Origin: a virus
Taxonomy: Duplodnaviria; Caudoviricetes
Strand: one strand, 5' to 3'
IMG/VR virus record: IMGVR_UViG_3300031953_000004
Span: 18,433 to 82,432 of that record
DNA: 64,000 bases
Position numbers and translations under genes: made by a program. This document shows, one piece after another, positions 1 to 9,531 of this stretch (positions are counted from its first letter, which is position 1; the number at the start of each line of letters is the position of its first letter). The notes below the pieces were generated by a model. The model did not search any database. It was not told where the DNA came from and saw only the letters and a list, made by a program, of their open reading frames with translations.

Positions 1-2349
1 AAGAATATAGATACGATCATTGCGGAGAAAAGATCACAAGGCTATGAGCTCACTTCCAACATCAATGGGATATTGTTCTTTGTATTCCCTACAGACCTTC
101 ACAATATCATTATCATTCAAGGGCAATCCGTTGCCCTTGACAGGACGAACATAGAATTCACGGTATCGTCTTCCGTAGATCCTTTTCTGGAAAGCAACCA
201 GGCCGTATTCAAGCTGATTCCTTCCGAGAACGTCAACCTGAAGGAGAATTACTTGTTCAAGGGCGATAAAGGCGATATAGGCCTTACGGGTGCTGCTGGC
301 GCTGATGGGATTCAGGGAATCCAAGGTGTTACCGGCGGACAAGGCATACAAGGTGTTACTGGTGTTACAGGAACAACTGGTGCTGCCGGAGCAGATGGAA
401 CTACTGTAACACTCCTTGGAGGAAAGGCTTTAGAATCAGACCTTCCTGCTACAGGAAATACCATTGGTGATGGATGGACTATTCCCGATCCGGTTGATGG
501 TATCAACCATCTTTGGGTATGGAATGGAACGGCCTGGTTCGATGCCGGAGTGTTCCAAGGCCCGAAGGGAGATCAGGGGTTACAGGGTATTCAGGGAGTG
601 CAAGGTATTGATGGCGTACAAGGACTTATAGGCCCAAAAGGAAACCCGGGTGCGCAAGGACTACAGGGCATTCAGGGAATACAAGGACCAGCCGGAGCAG
701 ATGGAGCTACAGCGCCTGTAACAGACCAGAAGCTGACGATAGTGGAAATCCCTATATCTGAGTTAATATCGCTCAACAGGGCAGGTGTAACACAGTGGAT
801 GAACACCCACAACACGCCTGTTGCCGATAAGGAATTTATCGGCATCAAGCTTATCGGTGATGCTGTTATCGATGAATATGGAGCTGTAACGGTTAACGCC
901 AATGTAACTGCCGCAACCATCGCAGCCGCTTTAGCCTACACCCCAGCCGATGCCGCAGATGTAGTAGAACTAAACAATTCTATTTATCGGATTGCATACG
1001 AGGACGTCCCATCAGATTATGGTTACTATCTTTCAGGGGTTGCAAATGACTATTCTAATATTTTAGCATTATTGGATAGTGTTACTAATGGTAAGCAAGC
1101 CGTTATAAAAAGGGCAGATGGTTTTTATAGATATGTGAAACGGGTTACATTTACTGATTTTGAGCCGCAAAATACGGATGTAACTTTTCGTGTTTTTGAC
1201 TGGAATCTGGAAAAACCCGCAGCCGATGGAATACGGATTACAAACCTAAGCTTTGAAACTACAGTAGATGGGATTGAGATTTGGAGTGGGGACGGAAGTC
1301 AGGGAAGTATGGGAGCGGCTGCAAGTGGTGTAGATGTAACTATGTTTTTACACAGACGGAAATTACCAAGCTTTGCCAATGATGCAGAGGTGGAAAAGAT
1401 AGCAAACAAAGCAACAAACCTATCCATAATAAACGATGTTAAATACCTTACCACAAAAGGGATTCAGGACAATATATTATCAAGTTACTCAGGGGTAGGA
1501 ACAGGGAAATCTTCCATCCTGAATATTCCAAACCCAATAGGGGGAAAAACCAGCCTTGCAGGAACAGGAAGTCCAGGGGCAATAAAAATAAAATGCCCTG
1601 TTGATACCACAATTATAGGGGGGTTTGGGATGCAAGTTCAAATCATTGGAACTGGTGGTACAGGGTTAAAAGATTCTGCACTGATTCATATAACAGGGGT
1701 TACAAATTCTGTTAATCCTGATTTCTTTTCCGCTACTATTTTGACCAGCGAGGGGAAATATGACGTACCTATCAGGTTTGGAAATGATGGTGTTAATTTT
1801 TGTATTTGGATAGGCGAACTTAATTTTGGAACAAGTTACATTTCCGTATCTATAAGTAATTTTATTGCAGGGAGAACCCCGTTAGGTGATCTAATGACTT
1901 GGAAAGGTGCTTTTGATATTTCAAGAGTTCAAGCATTTGGGACAGTAGATCTTTTATTACAGAACAATTTACCATTATCAGCAAATAGCAGCGCAGCAAC
2001 AGACACCATTTCTTATGCAATAAGCAACATTTCTGGACAATTAACATCGGGCGATGTCTATACCACGTATGCACTTTACAATTTTACTCTTTCTACTTTT
2101 TGGATAGGTGTGGAAGTTGCACCCGCAATAACCAATCTTATTTTTGACATCAAGAAAAACGGGGTTTCTATAACCTCAACAAAGGCACAAATACAATTCA
2201 ACGAATTTACTTCATTGACAGGAATTGCCCCCGTTTTAGTTACTACGGACTTTTTAAAAGGCGATAAAATAACTTGGAATATTTTTCAAACTGGAAGCGG
2301 AGAAACAGGACAAAATCTTCAAGCGTATTTAGAAATAATCAAAACTTAG
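1..2349 (+). CDS. Tail fibre protein with collagen-like repeats (5'-truncated by window edge)
   Basis: Frame is open from base 1 (KNIDTII...) into the 73..2349 ORF. Two Gly-X-Y blocks, an AALAYTPA fibre motif and a C-terminal DIKKNGVSI...GDKIT...GQNLQAYL domain of the kind seen at the end of aquatic phage fibres. Confidence 0.8.
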   Translation, partial: KNIDTIIAEKRSQGYELTSNINGILFFVFPTDLHNIIIIQGQSVALDRTNIEFTVSSSVDPFLESNQAVFKLIPSENVNLKENYLFKGDKGDIGLTGAAGADGIQGIQGVTGGQGIQGVTGVTGTTGAAGADGTTVTLLGGKALESDLPATGNTIGDGWTIPDPVDGINHLWVWNGTAWFDAGVFQGPKGDQGLQGIQGVQGIDGVQGLIGPKGNPGAQGLQGIQGIQGPAGADGATAPVTDQKLTIVEIPISELISLNRAGVTQWMNTHNTPVADKEFIGIKLIGDAVIDEYGAVTVNANVTAATIAAALAYTPADAADVVELNNSIYRIAYEDVPSDYGYYLSGVANDYSNILALLDSVTNGKQAVIKRADGFYRYVKRVTFTDFEPQNTDVTFRVFDWNLEKPAADGIRITNLSFETTVDGIEIWSGDGSQGSMGAAASGVDVTMFLHRRKLPSFANDAEVEKIANKATNLSIINDVKYLTTKGIQDNILSSYSGVGTGKSSILNIPNPIGGKTSLAGTGSPGAIKIKCPVDTTIIGGFGMQVQIIGTGGTGLKDSALIHITGVTNSVNPDFFSATILTSEGKYDVPIRFGNDGVNFCIWIGELNFGTSYISVSISNFIAGRTPLGDLMTWKGAFDISRVQAFGTVDLLLQNNLPLSANSSAATDTISYAISNISGQLTSGDVYTTYALYNFTLSTFWIGVEVAPAITNLIFDIKKNGVSITSTKAQIQFNEFTSLTGIAPVLVTTDFLKGDKITWNIFQTGSGETGQNLQAYLEIIKT
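259..705 (+). repeat. Collagen-like Gly-X-Y coding repeats (two blocks)
   Basis: GDKGDIGLTGAAGADGIQGIQG... and GPKGDQGLQGIQGVQG...GPAGADG, separated by a ~50-aa spacer. Confidence 0.95.
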
Positions 2350-2359
2350 AATAAAAATT

Positions 2360-2950
2360 ATGAGTGTACCAGCAATTTGCTTTAGAATCTCGGACGGAGA
2401 AATAGTAGTTCCAAATGGAGTTTATCCAAAAGAGGATTTAACACCAATTACAGATGGTGATCCTGCTTACCAATGGTTAATTAAAACAACACCACAACCT
2501 GAACCAGATAGAGATTCAAGAATTTTCATATTGGATAAATTCGATACGGATTTAAAAGGGATGGTAGCAAACAACCAATTGAATTTATTGGAAGACCACC
2601 CGCTTTATCCCGGAGTAAAGCAATACCAAAGAACCTATGTATTGAGGAAACGTGCAAACGAAGCTATTGAACTGGCAATCGACAATGCAGAAGCCGGGGC
2701 CAATGATGAACTAACCACCTTTAAGAACAACGAAAAACTCTTTATGTTATCAGCGGGAGTCCAGATTAAAAGGGCGAGAGGGTTGTCTATAGGTGCAGAA
2801 GAACTTGCAATTGAAGACCAGGTATTGGAATTTGAAGTTAAAATGTGGAAAAACGACAACGAGAAAAAGAACAAAAAACAACAATTAGCGGATGGCTTGA
2901 CCCCTGATATCGATGCAGGATGGGAACGGGGAGCAAACCCAATCCTCTAA
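2360..2950 (+). CDS. Hypothetical tail-fibre-associated protein
   Basis: 196-aa ORF directly after the fibre gene, same AT-rich codon style. Confidence 0.6.
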   Translation: MSVPAICFRISDGEIVVPNGVYPKEDLTPITDGDPAYQWLIKTTPQPEPDRDSRIFILDKFDTDLKGMVANNQLNLLEDHPLYPGVKQYQRTYVLRKRANEAIELAIDNAEAGANDELTTFKNNEKLFMLSAGVQIKRARGLSIGAEELAIEDQVLEFEVKMWKNDNEKKNKKQQLADGLTPDIDAGWERGANPIL

Positions 2951-3005
2951 AATGGCAGAGCGCAAAATTGACCCAAAATTTAATATCTATGAAACCTATA
3001 CGACT

Positions 3006-3521
3006 ATGAACATACTGAACCCGTACAGATTTGGAGGGGGAGTAGTTGTGGCTACCATAGACCAGCCTAATTTACTGTCATTCCCGAATGAATATGAAAA
3101 CTCGTATTGGACTAAAGCAGGAGCGACAATAAATTCCACGACCCAACCTTCTCCTGATGGTAACAACCAAGCAAGGACAGTGTCTTTGAACGCAAATTCC
3201 TCAGGGCTATACACCTTTATCAATACATCCTTTGATGCAGGGCAAATCCTTAGGGTATCAGTATGGGTAAAGGCCGATGTAGCTACTGATATTATAATAG
3301 GTTTTAATGGCAATGCGCAAGCAGGCAACAACAAAGGTATTGTAAAAACGGTAGGGACTTCTTGGTCTAAATTAGTGTTTGAGCATACAGCCGTACTTAA
3401 TGACAGCGGGGCTTACATTACGATAGCTTCTACAAGTTGGGCGTCAAAAAATCCTACTGAAACCATAACTTCAGGAGCGAGAACCATAAGCCTTTGGGGT
3501 GCAAGTTTTAATATAATTTAA
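3006..3521 (+). CDS. Fibre-associated protein with N-terminal NPYRF motif and carbohydrate-binding-like beta domain
   Basis: MNILNPYRFGGG start; beta-rich segment LRVSVWVKAD...SWSKLVFEHTA resembles CBM4/9-type domains. The start could also be 2952. Confidence 0.55.
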   Translation: MNILNPYRFGGGVVVATIDQPNLLSFPNEYENSYWTKAGATINSTTQPSPDGNNQARTVSLNANSSGLYTFINTSFDAGQILRVSVWVKADVATDIIIGFNGNAQAGNNKGIVKTVGTSWSKLVFEHTAVLNDSGAYITIASTSWASKNPTETITSGARTISLWGASFNII

Positions 3522-3522
3522 A

Positions 3523-3780
3523 ATGATAGAAACAATCAAAGACTACTTCGCCAACATTATCGAATCTGATAAACTGCTTCATTTCTTTTACGGGTTTATC
3601 GGCTTTTGGCTATTGGCAGTGATTTTCAATATCTGGATATCCTTTGGGATTGTCCTATTGATCGCCGCCGCCAATGAATATTACTTTTGGAAATACGAGG
3701 GAGGGAAATTTTCAAAAGGAGATATCATTTTCAGCATAGTCCCTGCTATTTTATTCATCTTGCTAACATTTTTCTTATGA
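3523..3780 (+). CDS. Small multi-pass membrane protein (DKLLHF motif)
   Basis: 85 aa, about three hydrophobic stretches. Confidence 0.6.
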   Translation: MIETIKDYFANIIESDKLLHFFYGFIGFWLLAVIFNIWISFGIVLLIAAANEYYFWKYEGGKFSKGDIIFSIVPAILFILLTFFL

Positions 3781-3881
3781 ACTGGTTTGACAGAGAACAC
3801 CCGACCTGGGAAATATTCCTTTTGGTATTTATTCCGATGTTAACAATTATCATTGGCGCTTATTTGATATTCGGAGAATGA
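3777..3881 (+). CDS. 34-aa single-pass membrane peptide
   Basis: MNWFDREHPTWEIFLLVFIPMLTIIIGAYLIFGE; ATGA overlaps with both neighbours. Confidence 0.5.
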   Translation: MNWFDREHPTWEIFLLVFIPMLTIIIGAYLIFGE

Positions 3882-4351
3882 AAACACTTATCCCCCTCTT
3901 GTTTTTATTGTCCCTGAATTTATCGGCACAACAGGTGAAATTCACGGGAACGACCAATGACCCAATATTGAAAGAGCTGATGAAGGACTTTCACCAATCT
4001 GCCAGATATGCAAAGGTGGGAAATATCAAACAATTGGATTCGGTTCAAACAATACTTTTCGTGAAAGCAGATTTGAATATGATAGGCAGGATATCTAAAG
4101 ATAGAAAGGCCATTTACTTAAACGAGGATTTGAAACAATTCAAATATTTAACACGGATAATCCTGTTCAGGCAAATCGGGAAAATATACGGGTTGAAAGA
4201 CAATAAACGAAATCAAGAAATAATGGGCACGTGCTGGAAAATAGATAAAAGCAGCGAAGGACACGCCAAACATTTGGCAAAACAAGAATGGCACGACAGG
4301 CATTTCTTTGAAGCCCTTGAAAAACAAGCACCAATTAAAGTGAAATTATGA
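3878..4351 (+). CDS. Secreted protein with degenerate zincin-like motif
   Basis: Signal peptide MKTLIPLLFLLSLNLSA; IYLNEDL...IILFRQIGKIYGL matches the spacing of HExGHxxGL but lacks the His/Glu ligands. Confidence 0.55.
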   Translation: MKTLIPLLFLLSLNLSAQQVKFTGTTNDPILKELMKDFHQSARYAKVGNIKQLDSVQTILFVKADLNMIGRISKDRKAIYLNEDLKQFKYLTRIILFRQIGKIYGLKDNKRNQEIMGTCWKIDKSSEGHAKHLAKQEWHDRHFFEALEKQAPIKVKL

Positions 4352-5151
4352 AAAAGTACATACTTATAATATTGATTTTTTCGTCTTGCGCAAAAGAGCC
4401 TGTTGAAAAAGATGAGTTTTCCCAATGCCGGGAATTGGTAAAACTTGACTTATCAAAAATTGACAATGAAACAGGATTGATAGAGTTTGATATTATACCT
4501 GATATAAACAAAGGAACGGTAATCAGCCCTAAAGACAGGCTTTGGGAAAAAGGCATTATAAACTATGCTATTCAAGGAAATCGCTATGTTTTCGGAGGTG
4601 TCTTTTTAGGATTTGAATCAGATGAGGACAAAGAAAAAATACGTATAGCCTTAAAAGAATTTTCAGAAGCAACAGGAATTTTATTTAATGAATTTACTCC
4701 TGATGAACTAAAATATTCAGGGCTAGACGGAATACGAATTACAAGGGGATTTGCGAGCAGTTCTAGTTATTTGGGTAAGCAAGGCGGGGTTCAGGGAATA
4801 AAACTAACCTCAGGGCTTGAAGCCAATGTTATCTGGCACGAATTTATGCACGCACTTGGTATTAATCACGAATTTACCAGAAAAGATAGGGATCAGTATG
4901 TAACGGTAAATTACGAAAATATCCCTGAGAAAATGCACCGACAATTTGAAATAGACGAAAACTCCATTGACTGTGGCAGTTTTGATATTGAGAGTGTAAT
5001 GATGTATGGGTCGTTTAATGTACAACAGGATTCCACTAAGATAGAAATAACCTTACTTAATGGGGAGATTTTCAACAGGAGCAAGATATTGAGCCAAGGG
5101 GATATTCAAACCACTAAAACGCTTTATAACAACGAATTTAATAAACGATAA
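4348..5151 (+). CDS. Astacin-family (M12A) zinc metallopeptidase lipoprotein
   Basis: Lipobox FSSC; HEFMHALGINHEFTRKDRDQYVTVNYENI (HExxHxxGxxH, 4837-4869); Met-turn SVMMY. Confidence 0.92.
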   Translation: MKKYILIILIFSSCAKEPVEKDEFSQCRELVKLDLSKIDNETGLIEFDIIPDINKGTVISPKDRLWEKGIINYAIQGNRYVFGGVFLGFESDEDKEKIRIALKEFSEATGILFNEFTPDELKYSGLDGIRITRGFASSSSYLGKQGGVQGIKLTSGLEANVIWHEFMHALGINHEFTRKDRDQYVTVNYENIPEKMHRQFEIDENSIDCGSFDIESVMMYGSFNVQQDSTKIEITLLNGEIFNRSKILSQGDIQTTKTLYNNEFNKR

Positions 5152-5153
5152 TT

Positions 5154-5648
5154 ATGGAAAAATTACTGTTCAACATCAATTCAACTTCTTTCTTTCCAAA
5201 GTGGAGGAATGGTAAGTATTCTAAGTTTGAAATATTCTATGTTCTTATGGCTCTTGCTTGTATTCCACTGGCAGCTGCTATTACCTATGAAGGATCTAAC
5301 CACCTCGGTTATGGCCCTCTCTCTAAATGGTTAAGTATTCCGTTCCTGATCTTCTGGACTCAGTACATCGTGTATGCTGTTATTAAAAGTAAGATTCCAT
5401 TGGAAGTTGAAGATCACTTCTGGAAGACGCAGCTATGGCGATTTATGGATCCCGGATATAATTTTCAAAAATCACTGCATCCTAATCCTATATTAAAACT
5501 TAAACAATTAAGACGTAGATGGCTTTTTGAAACAGGAGTTACTGTTGATTTTACTATACATAATTCACCTTGGATTCAAAAAGGCAGAGTAATCATACTC
5601 CTTGGATCATTTTTTATCGGAGTTTTGATAGGACTTTATATATTATGA
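5154..5648 (+). CDS. Membrane protein
   Basis: 164 aa with three hydrophobic segments. Confidence 0.6.
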   Translation: MEKLLFNINSTSFFPKWRNGKYSKFEIFYVLMALACIPLAAAITYEGSNHLGYGPLSKWLSIPFLIFWTQYIVYAVIKSKIPLEVEDHFWKTQLWRFMDPGYNFQKSLHPNPILKLKQLRRRWLFETGVTVDFTIHNSPWIQKGRVIILLGSFFIGVLIGLYIL

Positions 5649-6217
5649 TCACTGACAAAGAAATACAAGCTTATTGGAACTGGTATGACTGGTATATCAT
5701 CCGTTGGAATTTGGTTTCTTTCTTTGGATTTCCACTTCTACCATTTGCTTATATTTTGAAGTACAAGTTTAACGTGAAGGGGTTGTGGCTTTTAAATGAT
5801 ACTGTTGATGGTGATTTCGGAAGTGCGAAAGAACTAAAAAAAGCAGGAAGAACAGTTGGAAGAACATTAAGTAATTTTATTTGGTGGTGGCTTAGAAATC
5901 ACAGCCGGAACTTTGTTGAAAAGTTTAAGCCTGAATGGAGCGATGGAGAGGTAGAGGACTTTAGAGTCATTAAGAGTACGGTTTTTAAAGCAGGCACCGA
6001 AATAGAGCAACTTAAAAAAATACGATTTGTGTGGTGTACTAAAGATGGAATTCACGGACTGCATTACATCGCTTACAGAGTTAACGGTAAAGTAGAATGT
6101 AGGTACTCCGCCGCCAATGACAAGTTTGAAAAATCAATGGGTAGTGGAGGGAATGAGTACCGATTGAGAATCAAGAACCCTTTATATATATTAAAAAAAA
6201 TGTTTTTAAATCAGTAA
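5645..6217 (+). CDS. Hypothetical Trp-rich phage protein
   Basis: ATG 5645 overlaps the upstream stop; N-terminal hydrophobic stretch, WWWLRNH motif. Confidence 0.55.
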   Translation: MITDKEIQAYWNWYDWYIIRWNLVSFFGFPLLPFAYILKYKFNVKGLWLLNDTVDGDFGSAKELKKAGRTVGRTLSNFIWWWLRNHSRNFVEKFKPEWSDGEVEDFRVIKSTVFKAGTEIEQLKKIRFVWCTKDGIHGLHYIAYRVNGKVECRYSAANDKFEKSMGSGGNEYRLRIKNPLYILKKMFLNQ

Positions 6218-6221
6218 GCCA

Positions 6222-7169
6222 ATGTATAAGTACATCATAGCCAACAAAGGACAGGGAACCATCAATGCGGATAACCCTATTGTAGCAGGAGACCTATTCG
6301 AGGTTGCCTCCCCTGCAGCAACATCAGCTGGTGTGGCACAAGTGCAAGCTGACTGGGCAGAAGTCAACCCCGCCAATATCCCTTACATCAATAACAAGCC
6401 AGATATTCCTGCGGCATATGTTCATTCTTTGAAAGCTTGGATTGACAAGACCACACTATCAGGACCTGTGGTGATCAGTAATCTTACTTTTGATACTGAA
6501 GGCCATCCCACAGGATGGTCTGTACGCAGCCTTACAGCAGCCAATATAGGTGCCGCCCATGTAGATCATGTACATACCTACGCACAGATAACGGCAAAGC
6601 CCACACTTGATAATTATAAGGGCTTTAACCTGAAGACCAGTGGCATCCAGAGGAAAGTCATTGGATCCCTTCAGGACATAGATTTTGTTCCTGGTGCAAA
6701 CGTGGCCATAAGCTATGGTGCCAATGGACAGGTGATCATTGAAGCTACCGTATCGGGGACCGGAGCGGATGGAAACAACTTCCCTAACGCCTTGTCCTTT
6801 GCAAGTGGAACGGTAACCCTTGGTCGTGCTGGATTGACAAGTTTATCAATCAACCTTGATTCGAGGTATGCCTACAGAAAAACCGTGAAAGAGGTTACTA
6901 CCGCTACCTATACCATCAACTCAACGGATCAATTGCGATGGTTGGTTTTCACAATCAACTGCCTTGTAACCGTTCCCACAGGACTTCTAATAGACGATCT
7001 CTATGAAGGGGAAGCTGATGCAGGAGCAACCGTTACCTTTCAAGCTGCGGTAGGTGTGACCCTCAGGAACGTTGCCTCGGTTACAAAGACTCTAAGTCCA
7101 AGCGGAGTATTCGGAATCCGTGGCAGGGCAAATAATAATTTTGTACTTTACGGTACCGACCCAGTATAA
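6222..7169 (+). CDS. Second tail fibre / fibre-like protein
   Basis: QVQADW...YINNKPDIP motif typical of Bacteroidota phage fibres; HVDHVHTY; C-terminal YTIN...VTVP...GVTL beta domain. Confidence 0.7.
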   Translation: MYKYIIANKGQGTINADNPIVAGDLFEVASPAATSAGVAQVQADWAEVNPANIPYINNKPDIPAAYVHSLKAWIDKTTLSGPVVISNLTFDTEGHPTGWSVRSLTAANIGAAHVDHVHTYAQITAKPTLDNYKGFNLKTSGIQRKVIGSLQDIDFVPGANVAISYGANGQVIIEATVSGTGADGNNFPNALSFASGTVTLGRAGLTSLSINLDSRYAYRKTVKEVTTATYTINSTDQLRWLVFTINCLVTVPTGLLIDDLYEGEADAGATVTFQAAVGVTLRNVASVTKTLSPSGVFGIRGRANNNFVLYGTDPV

Positions 7170-7170
7170 T

Positions 7171-7755
7171 ATGCAAGCAATAAAACAACGATATGGGTTT
7201 CCTGATACAGTTCAATTAGCCTGGCGGCCTATTGGACCTTATTGTGTTCAGGGAGCCGTTGTGGTGATTCCAGCGCCCGTTATTGACCCCACGCCACAAC
7301 CACCGGTTGCGAATTGTAGGGTTCACTTCTCAGGACTGCTGATGAGCGACCGTACTGTTACTTCAAATCCAGAAGTATTCTACACTAAGATATATGAAGA
7401 GGATATTTATAGCGAATTCGTAGGTGCTGGTGAATACCCCGATAACGAAGTAGCTTTTCCGAAATCAATAGACTGGACCTTTGATGGTATTGCCGTTGAC
7501 TCCAATACAAGGCTTGTGATATATAGCGGAAAGAATTTTACGGGCTCAATACTATTGGATATAACTGGACCCGCTTTGTTGTACAACAATAGATGGCAAG
7601 GTACAAATGGGTATCAGGTAGACTATGGTAACGAGAAATTAAAAAACTTTACGGAACCACTTCAAAGCACCTATCCTCAAAGCGTGAGGTATTGGAGTAA
7701 TTCAAATATGAATTTATGGAACCTGGGTTCCACAAAAATAATCTGCGGAATATGA
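7171..7755 (+). CDS. Fibre-associated hypothetical protein
   Basis: ATG one base after the upstream stop; Pro-rich linker followed by an aromatic beta-rich domain. Confidence 0.55.
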   Translation: MQAIKQRYGFPDTVQLAWRPIGPYCVQGAVVVIPAPVIDPTPQPPVANCRVHFSGLLMSDRTVTSNPEVFYTKIYEEDIYSEFVGAGEYPDNEVAFPKSIDWTFDGIAVDSNTRLVIYSGKNFTGSILLDITGPALLYNNRWQGTNGYQVDYGNEKLKNFTEPLQSTYPQSVRYWSNSNMNLWNLGSTKIICGI

Positions 7756-8162
7756 GCAATACAGGAAACAAAGCTTGGACCACCCTAGAGCAGTACGATG
7801 TAGCTACCGGAGTAGCGACAGGAATCGTGAAACCAAATACCATTGGAGACCCCGACTATGTGGCCCCTGTTCCAGATACGGAACTATGTCCATTGAGTTT
7901 GACAATCCTAGAGGTTTCTCCTAGGAATTATTATGCTCCTTTCCCATCGTTCTATTTTGATATTTCTATTATTAGCAATAGTAGTTGGGTTCTTAATATT
8001 TCTTTCTCATGGATTACTGCAGATATAATGTCAGGTACCGGTAATGCAACAGTAAGGTTGACCGCCTCTAAAAATGATTCAGGAAGAACAAGGAGCAGGA
8101 CTGTAAAAGTAAGAAGTGGAACAATAGATAGGTTCTGTTCTATATCTCAGGAATCACAATAA
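7752..8162 (+). CDS. BACON-domain tail protein
   Basis: ISNSSWVL...SWITADIMSGTGNATVRLTASKNDSGRTRSRTVKV...ISQ matches the BACON consensus; BACON domains are known from crAss-like tail genes. Confidence 0.8.
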   Translation: MSNTGNKAWTTLEQYDVATGVATGIVKPNTIGDPDYVAPVPDTELCPLSLTILEVSPRNYYAPFPSFYFDISIISNSSWVLNISFSWITADIMSGTGNATVRLTASKNDSGRTRSRTVKVRSGTIDRFCSISQESQ

Positions 8163-8223
8163 ACATTACATATGGATAATCCAGAACCCCGTTAATAAAT
8201 AAATTAAGAATCATATCCCCCCT

Positions 8224-8835
8224 ATGATGTTCCAAACGATAAAACTAACGTTTTTTAAAATATACTGTAACCTGCTCATATCTTCCGAAAGTGATGGCGA
8301 CCCCATGCATCGGTTAGAGAGTTTGGGAAGGGTGCTCATGTATATCTCCCCAATAGCTTTTATAATAGGTGTACTGGATTTGTGGTACCAGGACAACGAA
8401 GCTTTCACATTGTCTGCCGTGGGTTTCATTTTCGCGAATGCTATCATAGGCCTGATAGCCCATTTTGTAAGGAAGGATTTCAATTGGGAAACATTCCTGA
8501 CCAAGACCATGAAGATGGTGCTTATTATCTCCGGGGTTTATTTCGTATTGGAACTGATCATTTCCCCCATTGGTGATAACTCTATCACTGATGGATTCAG
8601 ATCTACAATCCAGGTTTCAACCTTGCTTTGGCCAGGCGGTAAAATACTGAAGAACTTCTTTATATGGAGCGGTGGGGAGCACCCGCCTAAATGGGTCATG
8701 CAAAAACTTTACAATTTCCAGAAAAACGGTGATCTAAATGCTTTTCTCAACAAGTCCGATAAAGACGAGCATATGCATTATGAGAATGATACTGATGATG
8801 AATCACCCAGATACAATAAACACAACCGAAGATGA
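8224..8835 (+). CDS. Putative holin
   Basis: Three to four TM segments, charged C-tail, overlaps the endolysin start. Confidence 0.6.
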   Translation: MMFQTIKLTFFKIYCNLLISSESDGDPMHRLESLGRVLMYISPIAFIIGVLDLWYQDNEAFTLSAVGFIFANAIIGLIAHFVRKDFNWETFLTKTMKMVLIISGVYFVLELIISPIGDNSITDGFRSTIQVSTLLWPGGKILKNFFIWSGGEHPPKWVMQKLYNFQKNGDLNAFLNKSDKDEHMHYENDTDDESPRYNKHNRR

Positions 8836-9446
8836 ACCAACTACAGCTATTTCAAGAGAAACATTGTTTAGTTCCTGACGGGATCATGGGAAAGAATACC
8901 ATTTCAAAAATGAAGGAGGTATTTTTTATTTCCTCGGATGCTAAAATAGCGCACTTTGTTGGGCAGATTGTTCATGAAACAGCCAATTTCAGGTACGAAA
9001 AAGAAAACCTGAATTATTCTGACAAAGGCTTACGAAAAACCTTTAACAGGTATTTCATAAACAATGCCGATCGTATCGCTTACGCCCACAACCCGGAGAA
9101 AATAGCTAATAGGGTCTATTCAAACAGGATGGGCAATGGAGATGAAGCAAGTGGCGATGGCTTCAGGTATATTGGAAGAGGGGCAATTCAATTGACCGGA
9201 AAAAACAACTATGAGCAATTTGCAAATAAGATGCAAAATTTGCAAATACTTAACAATCCTGATCTGGTAATTGAAAAATACTATTTTGAATCGGCTTTGT
9301 TCTTCTTTGATGAAAACAACCTGTGGCATCTTTGTGAAGAGGTGAACAACCAGTCTATAATCAATCTCACAAAACGCATTAATGGTGGCACCAATGGCCT
9401 TAAAGATAGAATGTACCTCACTAACAAATATTATGATATGCTATGA
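8832..9446 (+). CDS. GH19 (chitinase-like) endolysin with short N-terminal PG-binding segment
   Basis: HFVGQIVHET, DGFRYIGRGAIQLTGKNNY, TKRINGGTNGLKDR; N-terminal LVPDGIMGKNT. Confidence 0.93.
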   Translation: MNQLQLFQEKHCLVPDGIMGKNTISKMKEVFFISSDAKIAHFVGQIVHETANFRYEKENLNYSDKGLRKTFNRYFINNADRIAYAHNPEKIANRVYSNRMGNGDEASGDGFRYIGRGAIQLTGKNNYEQFANKMQNLQILNNPDLVIEKYYFESALFFFDENNLWHLCEEVNNQSIINLTKRINGGTNGLKDRMYLTNKYYDML

Positions 9447-9531
9447 AACTCATATTTAAAATATTCATTTTAATGGTCGCTGTGTCAGTATTGACAATTT
9501 GCATTATCGGATTAATTATAATACAAAACTT

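Noticed and set aside
1-8162. Diversity-generating retroelement or invertible fibre cassette
   Set aside because: No reverse transcriptase, recombinase, TR/VR pair or flanking inverted repeats seen
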